Of a stretch of DNA of 64,000 nt, positions 13,280-26,400 are shown piece by piece; the stretch's first letter is position 1; every line of letters starts with the position of its first letter. Both the position numbers and the translations under genes were made by a program. Location of the stretch: NCBI RefSeq assembly GCF_018977255.1, contig NW_024704742.1, positions 51,710,001 to 51,774,000 on the forward strand, written 5' to 3'. This DNA comes from Callorhinchus milii. Its lineage: Eukaryota. Below the pieces are notes generated by a model. That model saw only the letters and a program-made list of their open reading frames with translations. It did not search any database and was not told the DNA's origin.

Positions 13280-13480
13280 TGGGTTACCCTTCCTGGTAAC
13301 CCATTCAAGCTGTTAATTATCCACTGTGCAAACAAATGCTTCCCGGTGTCTGTCCTAAAATTAGGCCTCACAACCCTGAACCTGTGCCTGCTTCTCCTGC
13401 TGCTTTGGCATTGCCAAAAATGTTCTGTGACTTTCTCTACTTTATTTAGCGTCCTACATATATTTCTATAAGGTTCCATC
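13280..13480 (-). mobile_element. CR1 LINE 3' ORF2 fragment
   Basis: Translates as ..SRHRFRVVRPNFRTDTGKHLFAQWIINSLNGLP, a decayed CR1 C-terminal RGH..FF..R....WN.LP motif. Confidence 0.7.
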
Positions 13481-13859
13481 TCAGACGTAAATGTGTATAT
13501 ATATTATGTCAATAGCTAAATATTTAATAAAGACTCAGCAAAACAATCCAGGTCAAACAACAGGTGCCAGTGTAATAGAGAGTGTCTCTCACATGGTGGC
13601 CAGGGGGTGATGAAGGTGAAGGTAGGACTGTTGAGTGTATTCTTGTGAATGCCTATTGTAACAAGGTCAGGAAGGGATGGATAGAGTGAGTGATATGGCA
13701 CAGGAACAGGCCATTCAGCCCAACCGGCTGTGCCATATATGACTGTGGCAGCACCGCTCTGTGTATTTCCATGCTGGACTACAACTAAGTGCATCACAAG
13801 ATTGCAAGGTTTGTCAGATTGGTCTAGATGAAGAAAGCCCTTCCAGAATACCCATCCTT

Positions 13860-14290
13860 CTATCATTGGTTTTTCAATGAATCCAACTTCCTCGCCTCTA
13901 CCATCTTTCCTGGCAACCTGTTCCAGTCATTGATTGCGCTCTACATGAAGAAGACTTCCTGATTGCTGTCCTGAAATTGCCTTTTACAACTCTAAACCTA
14001 TGTCCTCTTGTTCTATTGTCTTGATATATCCTAAAGTATTGAGTTGGGTTTACTTTTTCAATGCGATTTACAATTTTGTACACCTCTATGATGTCCCCTC
14101 TGAGTCATCTTCTCTCAAGACTGAAGAGCCCTAAATTGTCTAATCGTTGCTCACAGCTCATTCCTCTTACGGGGATCATTCTTGTTGCTCTCTGCACCAC
14201 CTCTAAGGCTTGGACTTGTGTCGCGATGACCACAACTGTTTGCAGTATTCAAGGTGCGGTCTGACTAGAGCAAAGTACAGCCTGAGTATA
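13860..14290 (-). mobile_element. CR1 LINE 3' ORF2 fragment
   Basis: Translates as YKIVNRIEKVNPTQYFRIYQDNRTRGHRFRVVKGNFRTAIRK. Confidence 0.8.
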
Positions 14291-17200
14291 ACAAAATCAA
14301 TTTTTACACCCAGGATAGCGTCTCAGTTTAGAAATTTCATGTTGTTTGAGCCTGTGAGATCATTTAATCTAAAAATAGCAAAACATTGTTAAACATTCTT
14401 AAATGCAATCTTAGTTTAAAAGCTGTTTTTTTTCTGCAGCTCTTAAAAAGAACTAACTTTCAAATTGAGGCTGAATTTATAAATTTTTCACCATTGAGCA
14501 CACTTAAAGTTAAGGTAAAATGATTTTGCAGACTAAGATCAGAATGGAATTTCGGACTCCAGGAGTTTCAGAGACTGCTACACTGGGGACTTAGGCCAGG
14601 ATGGTTGTCCCATCATAAGAAAAGAAGTAAAACTTTCTCAAGCAAAAAGCAGAAATAAATAATAATCATTGCAACTTTGAAAGAAATGTAATTAAAAATT
14701 CAATTGTTTGCATGATCAACTTTGATGGCATTCACTTTATAGGTGAGGTCAAGATCACTGAGGCTTGTGTACTTACAGCTCTGATTCCTGATCTTCATCT
14801 GAGGCCCCTGCCTGCGATTGTCAGGAAATGGGTAAAAATACTAAATAAAACATATGTGCTGAAGCCTGTAAAATGAATTCTATGGAGTGGGGGAGAGGTC
14901 CTGAAGCTTTTCAAGTATTGAATGCACATAAGGGAACGATTACCTATAAAACTCAAGAACATCTCGAGGATACAAAAAAAAATCATTGTTTCAAAACAGT
15001 CATTTCATTGTATAGGTTTTTATAAATACAGGTTAAACAATGTGACAGGAGGCAAGACTGATTTACAGTGAATGAAACTCAAGTCAGGCCTTGAAGGGGA
15101 ATACTGTATTAAAATTCACTTTGGGTCTAAGCAGCATTACAAAAATAGGAACAGGAGGAAGCCTTTTACCTCTCCTGATTCCAACCACCAGCTTGGGTGC
15201 GGATCCCTAACTGTCCAACACCTTGGGACATCCTCCAGATGTGAAAGCGCTATACAAATGTAATTTTGTGGTGGTGTTGTTTTAGTCGCTTGAGATGTTC
15301 TACTATTTTACTAAATTACTCATTTAATACCATTTTCCACCCTTTCTCAATATCTCTTAACTTCCAATTATTTATTTAGATCTACTTAAAACATCCCAAT
15401 CCATTCTTTATCTGGGGTAGCGCATTCCACATTCTGTCAACCCTTTGTGTGAAGAAGTATTTTCTGATTTCAGTGTTGTCCACCCACTGTTCTCAGCTTT
15501 ATTCATGTTAGCTACTGTCACTGACATATTGTACTTCAATTAGACTCATAGAATCATAGAAATTACAACAAAGGAAGAGGACCATTTGTCCCATTGAGCA
15601 TACACTGATGCTTTCTCATTGGAGCCTTTCTATTCTAATTCCAATTCCCTGCGCTTTCCTCATAATCTTTATATTATTTCACATCATATAACTGACACTC
15701 AGAGAATTATCCTTGGTCCTTCACTCCAGTTGTGCCTGTTAACGTTTGAGAACTGAATGATATTTGCAATATATTTACTATTACAACATTCACAAATATG
15801 GGCTTTCTGTGCAATTCTGGTAAAATAGGATAGGTAAAAATAGAGATACGTCTCCAAACCACATGTTTCTTAAATTACAATATTTTCGGAATAAACTGCA
15901 ATAAACTGTGTCATATAGAAACCTAGAAATATCATTATTTCTATCCCACTGCCAACCTGTTTTTCTAAATTACTTTCTTATTACAATACAAATTTCCATT
16001 TATATAGTGCCTTCCACGTCAGGAGGATGTCCCAAGGCGTTTAACAATAATGGCTTGGTGACCGAGCTGGGGGTGAGGTCTGAGGGAAATGGGGAGGGGA
16101 AAGATGACTGAAGTCCAGTGTCAAAGAGGTAGGTGTTTAGACAGATTCTGAATAAGCTAAGGTAAGGGAATGATTTGAAGGGACTCTAGGATGGAGTTCC
16201 AGAGAGTGTGGGCAGAAAGATCCAGCTGCTGATGGGTAAGACAGGGGATGTGAAGCCACTGATAATTTCATTTTCCAGCTCTCTCCTCATATTTGTTAAC
16301 ATTTTTACTGCACAGACACTTATCATTTCCATTTTAAACAATTCTGTTGATAGAGCCTCAGTAGCCCCAGTGTCTATATCTGTTAGCTTGAGTAAAATCT
16401 CAATGGACAAACTGTCCACTTTTAGTCCTCATCCCAACATTCCTACAACTGCCTGAAACTGAAACTCGAGTCTCCAGCTATTACTTGAATCTTGATCTAA
16501 TTTCACTCCTGCTCCATGATTATGCTCCCTGAGGAGTGGACACTGGCGTGACACTGACCTTGGGGGTGACCTTTTACTTTTAGTACACAAATAATTTCTG
16601 CCTCTTTACCAAGGCAATAAATTTGGAACATAGAACTCTTTCGAGGTCTGTTTCATGACCGTCTTCGTTGACCATGCCTCGGGCATCTTTCTTCTACTCA
16701 CCCCCCCACCCCATCTTGGCTCCCACTGCGAGCTTGGCTGCCACCCCAGGATTGTCCTCCCAACATGAAAGACGCTATATAAATGTAAGTTTGTATTGTG
16801 TTTTAGAAATTCCCCTTCAATTAAGAAGGCAGAATTTCCAATACTTCACTCCTGAGTCATTGCAGAACTATTTAAAACTCCAATGATAATAGGTCATGTA
16901 CTTTCAGTAATAAATCTGTTGTAAAATGAAATGCTGCTACACTCAGTTTTTATTAACTTATTAATGCAAATCCACATGCCACTCAAATTAATGCAGTGAC
17001 TTTTGTAACATACCACACACACAAACACACAGTGGGGTCTCTCGTGGCTGATTGCTAAAAATAGTGATGTGCTCATTACTTGTTCACAATGGAATATTTC
17101 TACATAATGATGAGAGCAGGCTGGGAGCCTCAGTAGTCCTGGAGACTTCTGCAAACATGTCATTTTCAAAAATTCCTTTCTTTCTGGCATGCGGATGTTT

Positions 17201-17995
17201 ACAAGCTATAAATATGTTACACCTTCTGCAATGGTCACACGTAAGAGCTGAAAGTTGGTGGCATACAATGATCTGGAAAACATATCCAGTCTTCACTTCT
17301 GTTTGAGATGCTTTTATTTTAATTCATAGATAGTGATGGTTGGCAGCACTTCAGATGGTTATATGCGCTTCATTCTAAATGTACTGGCCAGTGTAGGCAG
17401 AAAGTCCCACTGTTAGCCACTTGCAAATGCCTAACTGTGTTCAGGCAGGAGTTGAATGCAAAGGGGCTAGGCAGCACCATAGTAACCAAGGGAAATATTT
17501 TCTTGTTACCAACGTGCCACAAATAAATCACCTGACGAGCTGCATGGGAACGTGTTAATGAATAGTGCTCTCTACCTGTTTGTTGCTATATTAATGAAAA
17601 CATGTAATTTGTGATCACAGGGAGAAAAAATCCAGGGTTTTATGATGATTTAAGTTTTCCCAAAGCTCGTTTTACATTTGTTTATTTTCATGACTGTCTG
17701 TGATCAGCTCTTATGGGTTGGCATATAATTACGCAGGCTCTATGACTCACGTTGTTACAGCAACATGCCCCCTGCACACTGTGAAAAGGTAATATTTGGA
17801 ATACTCGCTTGAGGAAGCAGCTTTTCTCCATGCCTGTAAGTTATTCAAAAATAGATGGATGGGAGTTTCTCCCTGTGTCCTGGCCAACAATCCTCCACAT
17901 AAAATTGATATTTCACTTCGAGACTGTTGTGGAATATTGGGGTGCACAAATTGGCTGCCATATTTGCCAGCAATATACACAGTCACTACACATCG

Positions 17996-18865
17996 ACAAC
18001 AACAACAAAAAAATGACATTTGTATAGCGCCTTTCACGTCGGGTGGATGTCTCAAGGTGCTGGACAGTCAGTGTTTCAAATCCGAGCTGCGGGTTGGGAT
18101 TGGGGAGGATGGAGGGGAGGTAGGGAAGCAGGGTGATCAAAAGCATGGTTGAAGAGAAGAGTCTAAGGATGGGTCTGGAAGGAGGCAAGGGAGGTGGGCG
18201 AGGCGGAGGGACTGCGGATTGAGTTCCAGAGGGCAGAAGGTTCGCCTGCCAATGGTGGGGTGGGCGAGGTGAGGGATGTGAAGCAGGCCAGAGCCCTCTT
18301 AGTGGAGGGAGTGAGCAGGATAGTAGGGGGTTAGGAAGTCACAGATTTAGGGAGAGCAAGGCCACGGAGAGCTTTGAAGGTGAGGACCAGGATCTTGAAT
18401 TGTATCCTCTGTGTGATGGGAAGCCAGTGGAGTCGAGTGAGGATGGGAGTGATAGGTCACGGAGCCTGGCGTGGGAGAGGCTGCAGAGTTCTAGAAGCTC
18501 CGCAGTCTATGGAGGGAGGAGTTGGGGAGGCCGACAAACAAGGAGTTTGCATAGTCAAGCCTGGATGGTATGAATGTGTGTATGAGGGTCTCGGCGGCCT
18601 GCGGTGTGAATGGCGGAGCCGGGAGATGTTGTGGAGGTGGGGGAAGGCAGAGGGGGTCTTGGCAGAGATGCGGGGTAGAAAGGATAGTTGAAGATAAACA
18701 AGATGCCAAGGTTCCAGACTGGCTTAGTAAGGTGGAGTGTGCAACCTTGAATGGTGATGCTGCCAGTGCCTGAGGTGTGGAGGTGCTGAAGGGAGACAAT
18801 CAGGAGAGCCTCGGTCTTGTTGAGGTTCAACCCAAGAAAGTTAATTCTCACCTGGGACCTGATGC
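17996..18865 (-). mobile_element. 5'-truncated L2 LINE inserted into a + strand DeuSINE-type SINE
   Basis: Motifs LNLNKTEALL and ETLIHTFIPSRLDYAN. (AAC)n tail at the left end. SINE halves at ~17850-17990 and ~18865-18945. Confidence 0.85.
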
Positions 18866-19597
18866 ACTTTACAGATTGGCTCTGTGGAGTACTTTGAGAC
18901 AGTTGATGCTATTGTTGCTATACTAAATGCAAGGATTATTATTTATCAGTGAAGTCATGCTCCTAAAGTTGATCAGTTTCTAATCCAGCTTCCTCTCTGC
19001 CACTATCCTAACACGATTGAGCTTTCATTTCATCTTATACCTAATATGTGCTGCATTTTTGTGAAATAATTTCCTGTTGTGGCATAAAGAAAATGTTGAT
19101 ATGAGAGACAGGGACCTCAGCATTTACCTTCTATTAGCTCAAGCAACAGGTTAGACCCAAAGTTATTGAAAGCAAAATAGGATCCTTTTAAGACTGAGTC
19201 TTTTTAAGGTTGTGTCAATTACAATATTTATGAACGGTGCAACTGAAGGAAGACAGGGTGTTTTTCTTCCCACTTTAACTTAAACATCACTCCTCGTGCC
19301 CTAGTATCACACACAAATCAATGTCTATAAGGACTGAGTGAGTCTCTGCCAGTAGTGCTTTATAACGAACCACCAAGAGACACTATATCTCAGCTTTGGT
19401 TTTAATTGTTATTCATTTCACCTGCAGGGCTGCTTTAGTCCATACTCACGATCTTCCACCACAAACTGACTGAGATCAGGTACTTATATAATAATAATAA
19501 TCTTCACATTTGCTATAGTGTCTTTAATTTGAAATATTGAAAGTTTTGCAAAGGGAATTGCTGTTGAGTTCATTGAGTGTAATTATAGGCAAATGTA

Positions 19598-19888
19598 ATA
19601 ATAATGATATAATAATAATCCTTGCATTTGATATGGGGTCTTATCACATCTTCTAGACGTCTCAAAGTGGTTCACAGAATGTACTGTAAAGTGAATTGGC
19701 AGTATATTTGTGGGCGAAATGCAGCAGCCAATTGTGCACAGCGGTGTCCCACAAACAGTCGTGGATTGAAGTGACCAATTTATTATTGGAGTAAGGAAAC
19801 TTGCCCAGGGTTTTGTCCTGCCGGGAATCTAACCCAGGTCTCTCACTTGCGAGGCAAGTGCTCTAACCAATGAGATACAGGACTCCAT
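19598..19888 (-). mobile_element. tRNA-Ala SINE nested in an older DeuSINE (~19490-20140)
   Basis: Full head and tail. Flanking duplication AAATGTA at 19591-19597 and 19889-19895. Confidence 0.85.
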
Positions 19889-21812
19889 AAATGTAGCAGT
19901 CAATTCACATACAACAGGGACCACAAAAAGCCATGAAATGAATGACCAATTTTATCTGGAGAACTGTTGGTCAGGACACTGGGAGAAACTCTCTTCTCTT
20001 TTCAAAGAATGTCATGGGATCTTTGACATCCATCTGAATGAGCAGCCAGGATCTCAGTTAAACTCTTATCCGTAGACACTACCTCACGAGAATGCAGTGA
20101 ACCCCCAGCAGTCTGCCTAGGCTTAAGATCAAAGTCCAATTCATATGCAAAAACTGCAACAAGTATTAGATATTGAACTTTCTTCTAAAGAGAAACTGAT
20201 GCATGTTATAGGACAGCTTTGTCTCTGGTATGAGGTATTTGTGCTTTTTCCCACTCTTAGGCAAGTTTGATTTTTAAGGGTTTTTATTTTGCAAGAAGTT
20301 GATCTTGGAATAATTTCAGATATTCCTAACGGAGTTGCCAACGAAGAAAAGTAGTCAACAGCAAATGCTCTTTCTGTTTGTCAAATGTTGGCCAACTCTG
20401 AATCTCTCAGAGCAACATCTGAAGTGTGATTCACAAAAAGGCGTTTTTTTATATGAAAGGGATGTCACATCTCACTTCAATTGTTGTTTTTCCTGTTGAT
20501 CTACTCAGATTAATGTTACCTCATACATTGCAACCTCTTTCTGTGTCATCAAGTGGGATTAATGATTAATAATAAGGGTGACTTTCAAATAAAAAGTAGC
20601 AGAAAGCAGACACAATAAGATGAAAGGCCTTCTGTGCTGAAAATGTCTGATTTCTGTTTATGAATATTTTACTTACGGGCATTTTTCAAGAATCTAAATC
20701 TTTGCTCCAAGTGGTATCAAAACATTGTACAGCGTACAGTGAACTTCTGATTCAAATTTTCTGTTTATATCCATAAAGGGAAGATATGTTCCTAATTTCT
20801 TCCTCTTTTATGTAATCTGCTCTGACAACGCATTTTACAGCATGAAGTGTTTGGTCTACGTAATGTAAAATATAGTCTAATAGTTAGTGAAACAATGAGT
20901 CAAGTCTTCTGTTTACAGTCAGAACTGAATGTAAATGTTAACCCAATTTCTTCCTCTTTATTGTGTGAGCTGTGCCCACAATAAATATTACACTATGTGG
21001 AGAACTGCCGGTCATTCTGACATAAAAATGCAGCCTTGTCATCACCTCTACCCATCTGTCTGCCTACCTGCACACCATACGCATGCCTGTATTTTGACAT
21101 TAAGTGATTTTCACTTCCCTCACCTGCAGTGTGTAGTTTGACAACTGGTTAGTCACAATATTCACTGCATTGTACATACTGTGGCAGGAAAGCCTCTAAT
21201 GCACATTTAGTATTATTGCTAGGCTTTAATGAATCAATTTGAGCATGTTAAAACAGGAGATTCGTACTTAAACTGATATAATTTGATGTTGAGCCAATCC
21301 TCTTGTCATGTGATATTTTTGTAACTTTGAGTAATGCATAGATATTGTAGTACAGTATTGCAGTAGGTAACGGTGTCTCCAAGAATATTAACACTATATT
21401 ATAAACAAAGCTGGGTTGCTGCTTCCAGAGATGGTTGGTGTCCCTCCCTGATGTGGGTCCTCTGTTCAGCTCGAGAGACAGCACCACCTGAGAAGGCAGT
21501 GATTCCTCCCGCAGACTTCAGTTTCATGGGGAACTAGCCAACAATTGTACTGTCTGTATTGCTGGTATGTACGGGCATTCCACAGACATCACTGAAGCTA
21601 GAAAACAAAAGTCATGACGAACAACTGGGACTCGCCCAAGGATGTGAAACTCCATCCATGCTTTGGATTCTTTCCTGCAAAGTAAGCGGAGGTAACTTAG
21701 ACCCAATAAAGTACTCTCCAAATAATCCCAGAACACTGACACTAACAACAACAACAACAAAAGTACATTTATAGAGTGCCTTTCACATCGGGAGGACGTC
21801 CCAAAGCGCTGA

Positions 21813-21992
21813 AACGCCCTCATGCTAACGTCCCTCACTCTAACACACCCTCACACTAACACATTCACTCTAACACACCCTCACACTAACACACTCACTC
21901 TAACACACCCTCACACTGATGCACACTGACACTAACACACCCTCACGCTAACAGACCCTCCTGCTAACACACCCTCATGCTAACACACCTCA
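21813..21992 (+). repeat. Minisatellite, ~14-16 bp unit CTCAC(A/T)CTAACACAC(C)
   Basis: About 12 degenerate tandem units, abutting a truncated LINE/SINE tail (21742-21812, minus strand). Confidence 0.85.
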
Positions 21993-22926
21993 GCAATTTC
22001 ATGTACCTTGTTATTTTATTGCTTTATTGTCCAAGTGAGCCCAGTGCAGAAACAGTGCTTTCCACCATTAATTCCATTCGACTAAATCTTGAACTAAATA
22101 AACCTGCAGTAGTTCAACAAAATGTCAAATGCTTGCCATTACACTTCACTAAAGCCCAGTGACATATTATAGTTCATACAGACAGACAGAGTGACAGATG
22201 GACAGATAGGCAGTTAAGAATCTGGTACAGGCTGAGTAAAAGGGATGTGTTGAGACCATACTATTGTTCCAGAGCTTTATATATATATCAGCTTTATCTA
22301 AACACCATGGTGTCCTGCTGCCTCGGAAAGATGTTTCTGAATATTTATTATTCATAATACATTGTAAACAAAATAATCTGAAGAACATGGGGTAATAGTT
22401 CTGAGCAGTAAGTTCCGGGGTGTTCCATCTTGTCAGGACAAAACATGCTCACCAGCGCAGCAGGTGATTCAAATTGAAATGATATGACTTTGGACTACTT
22501 GATACCGGAAAATGACATGCCTTGCACGTTATAAGCAAATTCCTGATTTAATCTAATCATTTTGTTTTATTTTTTTTATCAAGGCTCAATTCACTCCTGA
22601 TGTAGCACAGCCATTGTTGTGATACGTGAGTCTAGATAGAAGCACATTTTTGTTCTGCCTGACCTGTTGCAGTGAGTTGGATTCCATCATACCACAAATA
22701 CCAGAGGAAGACTTATTTTCCAGAGCTCTGGTGCACACCTCCTGTCGCATGGCATTGATGGACATCTAAGATTAACTTGGTGTAAAGTATGGGAGAAAAT
22801 TGAGGAGGAAAAGGGGAAGATGGGTCAGACCCTCAATTAAGAGTGTGCCTGTGAGACAATACACAAGGCCAAAATATGAAGAAATAAAGGAAAATAACTG
22901 GGAGAAAAGAGAATAGGATTGAAGAA

Positions 22927-23353
22927 GTAATAACAACAACCCATGCATTTGATACAGCATCTTATCACGTCGATGAGATGTCTCAAAACGCTTCACAGGA
23001 TATACCGTAAAGTGGAGTGACTGTATTTTGTGGGCAAAATGCAGCAGACAGTTACGCACAACGGTGTCCCACAAACAGTCGAGGAGAGAGTCATTAATTT
23101 TATTTTGGGGGATTGTTGTCCAGGACTTTGGGAGAAACCACCTTTTCTTTTTGTACAGTGCCATGGGATCTTTAACGTCCATCTGAACAGGCCGAAGGGA
23201 CCTTGGTTTCATCCGAAGGACGGTACCTCCGCCAATGCAACATTGCATTGCATTGGAGTGGCAGTTTAAACTATGTGATTCCAAGACCCAAGGAGGGGCT
23301 TGAACCCACGACCTTCTGACTCGGAGGCGGGAGTGCTACCACTACACTAGGCT
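22927..23353 (-). mobile_element. DeuSINE-type SINE, near full length
   Basis: Deu core cagtgccatgggatctttaacgtccatctgaacagg...catccgaaggacggtacctcc. tRNA-like head. 3' half shared with the tRNA-Ala SINE. Confidence 0.8.
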
Positions 23354-24707
23354 GGAGTAGAAAGAGAATCAGAAGAAAGGTAATACCAACACGCGACTGA
23401 TGAAAATAAGAACTGAGATAAAGTGAGGTTAGAGAGCGTATCTAAAACAACTCCAAAAAAGAACACGAGAGTAACAGTGACAACGAACTCTATTAATATC
23501 CCACACTCCACTGCAAACACTCTACACGCAGCACATTGCTTTATATTACTTATTGAAAGAACAGAACAGTTAGTTCCATGTAAACGTTGAACCTTTTATT
23601 AGTGAAAATGTGCGGGCCATGTTTTTTTTACAATAAGAAACAGTTCAAATTGTGAAATCCCAAAGAGTTGCTGAGTAATGATCGGAGGTTCAGTGAGCAG
23701 TCTCCATTTTGTTGACTGGCTGGGGAGGAAGAGAGAGCACTCTATGCATGAAGTGGGGTTTGTAAGAATGGCTCAGAGGAGAAAAGAGACGAGAAAAACA
23801 CCAGAAGAATGGCTGTTTTCTTTTCTCTGCTGAGGACTGACTTGTTCTACAATGTGTAAGGGTGAATGAACAGGTCACTCTGTGAACTGCAGATCGATAA
23901 CAGGCAAAGAAACAGGGCAGAACATGATAGCGACCAGAATGGAGAAGCAGGTAGCAGAGGAAAACAGTTTACAAGGATGTTGAGTAGATCGGAAGGATGC
24001 AGGAAGTAATATGATAGGATAGAGAAAGGAATAAACTCAGAGAGAGAGAGAGAAGCAGAGTTGAAGGCAGAGATAATTTGTTGGACAGAAATTAAGGTTT
24101 ATTGCTTTTGCCTGATGGTTGTTTTGTAATCTTGTCCTTGTGGCCTATAGAGGAGTGTGCTGCGTGGGCTCCTGTTAGTGATCTCATGCTCCATCTGTGG
24201 TGTAAAACATAATCCCATGAGAAAGTGGTGTCATACTGATGCTATCACACCACTCTGGTGCTCACAAGCACTGACTGAGCTGGCACACTCCACTGTGTCA
24301 TTCTCTTCATACTTATGTTGCAATAGCGATGTGATCTCCTTGGAGTACATTTATTAGCCGAACTGATCAGAAATCTGCTTCCATATGATTCCAGAATCCT
24401 ACTTCCGTCCCCATCTCTAAGGCATGATTTAAAATAAAACAAATGAATATTGTGCCTGAGAGCCATGTTATCATGTTTTAACTGTGTCTGCTGACTCCTG
24501 CTAAAAACAAGTAAACCTCACCTGGAGTTCTGTGTTGCTGATGATGAGACACGTTCTCAAAGCGATGCTCTGATGTCCAAGTTAACAAATGTGTTTGCGA
24601 CAAGACTGATTTATAATTGAAAACTGTCAGTGATAATCAAAGAGAACTAGGTGGATGTTACTGTGAACAGAGGCAGCCAGCTGGTGGATGTTACTGTGGG
24701 GCAAATA

Positions 24708-25037
24708 TAATAATAATAATAATGATAATCCTTGCATTTGATAGCACCTGATCACGTCTTTGAGACATCTCAAAGTGCTTTACAGAATATGCAGAAAAAA
24801 GTGAATTGTATATTTTGTGGGCAAATCGCGGCAGCCAATTGTACACAGCAGTGTCCCATAAACAATCGTTTGAATGACCAAATTATTATTGTTATTATTT
24901 TTTAAAAGGGTTTATTAACCCCGAAAAAGCGATCTGGCAATCAACTAACAACCGGGTTTCTACTTACTGCTAGGTAAAACAGAGGTGTGTGGAGTAAGGA
25001 AATTTGCCCAACGTTTCATCCTGCCCAGGAATCGAAC
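24708..25037 (-). mobile_element. tRNA-Ala SINE, long subfamily (head truncated)
   Basis: Same tail and body as 7406, plus an extra central segment shared with 54645 and 62525. Confidence 0.8.
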
Positions 25038-25069
25038 AAAAAAATGTGATCAGCGAGGGGCCAATAGTG

Positions 25070-25392
25070 AATTCTTGCATTTGATATACTGCCTTAGCAC
25101 ATTGTTGAGAAGTCTCAAAGAGTTTCACAGGATTTACTGAATAATGTAGCGACTATATTGTGTAGGCGAATGTGGAAGCCAATTTACACAGTTAACCAGG
25201 ACACAGGGACAAACACTGGGATAACCTCCCTTATCTTTTTGAATAGTGCCATGGGATCTTTAGTGTCTGCTTGAACAGGCAGATAGGACCTCGGTTCAAA
25301 GCCTCATCCAAAGGAAGACACCTTTGACAATGCAGCATTTCCTCAGCACTGCACAGGAGTGTCAGCCTATAGACTGAGTTCAAAGTCCTGAC
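25070..25392 (-). mobile_element. DeuSINE-type SINE
   Basis: Deu core gaatagtgccatgggatctttagtgtctgcttgaacagg. Confidence 0.7.
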
Positions 25393-25714
25393 CTAGAAAA
25401 CAACAACAACAAAATTACATTTGTATAGCGGCTTTCACGTCGGGAGGATGTCCCAAGGGAGAGTTCTAACAACTGCCCCCGACTGGGCATGAGGCTAGTC
25501 AGTGAAAAGCTACAGGGTGACAGGTTTGGGCCTGTAGCGTTGGGAGATGGTGGAAGATAGCGACAAAACTTATTGACTTCACACTGCCTCACAATAAAAT
25601 GCTTCCTTTTTCATTTCGGGGACAGCAGGTCTATTGCAGTTCATAAATTCTATTGTTGAACCATTGGGTAAACGTAACTCGGGAGACAGCGCCAAATAAA
25701 TGACATTTATGGCA

Positions 25715-26400
25715 ATAACAACAACAACAACAACAAGATTCCATTTATAAAGTGCCTTTCATGTCAGGAGGACGTCCCAAGGCGCTGCACAGTTGGGTCA
25801 GGACCCGAGCATTGGGGAAATGGTCAGGGTGAGGGGAGGGAAGGGAGGGAGCGAGGAGGGGGAAGAGAGTCGAGAGGGGAGCTGAAGGCTCGGTCAAAGA
25901 GAAAGGTTTTGAGACTGGCCTTGAAGGAGGAAAGGGAGGAGGCGGCGAAGGCACTGGTGGGATGGAGTTCCAGAGCCTCGGGGCTGAGAGGCTGAAGGCC
26001 CGACCACCGATGGTAGGGCGGTTGGGGCGGGGGATGTGGAGCAGACCGGAGCCGGAGGAACGGAGGGTACGGGCAGGTAGGTAGGGGGATAGTAGGTCAG
26101 AGAGGTAAGAGGGAGCGAGGCCGTGAATGGCCTTGTAGGTGAGGATGAGGATCTTGAATTCGATCCTCTGGGGGATGGGGAGCCAGTGGAGGCGAGCGAG
26201 GGTGGGAGTGATGTGGTCACGAAGCCTGGTGCGGGACAGTACACGAGCTGCAGAGTTCTGGATGACCTGCAGCTTGTGGAGGGAGGTGCCGGGAAGGCCG
26301 GCGAGGAGAGAGTTCCCAGCCTTGAGGTGGCATGGACCAGAGTTTCAGCAGCGTGAGGGGTGAGGTAGTGCCGTAGTCTGGCGATGTTCCGGAGGTGATG
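25715..26400 (-). mobile_element. 5'-truncated L2 LINE, CpG-rich (relatively young)
   Basis: (AAC)n tail. The minus strand encodes the L2 C-terminal HWLP region. Many CpGs retained. Confidence 0.85.

Noticed and set aside
24538..24565. Second hammerhead-like string CTGATGA-T-GAGA(CACGT)TCTC-AAAG
   Set aside because: It lacks the essential G of GAAA and has no convincing stem I or III. At best a dead remnant.
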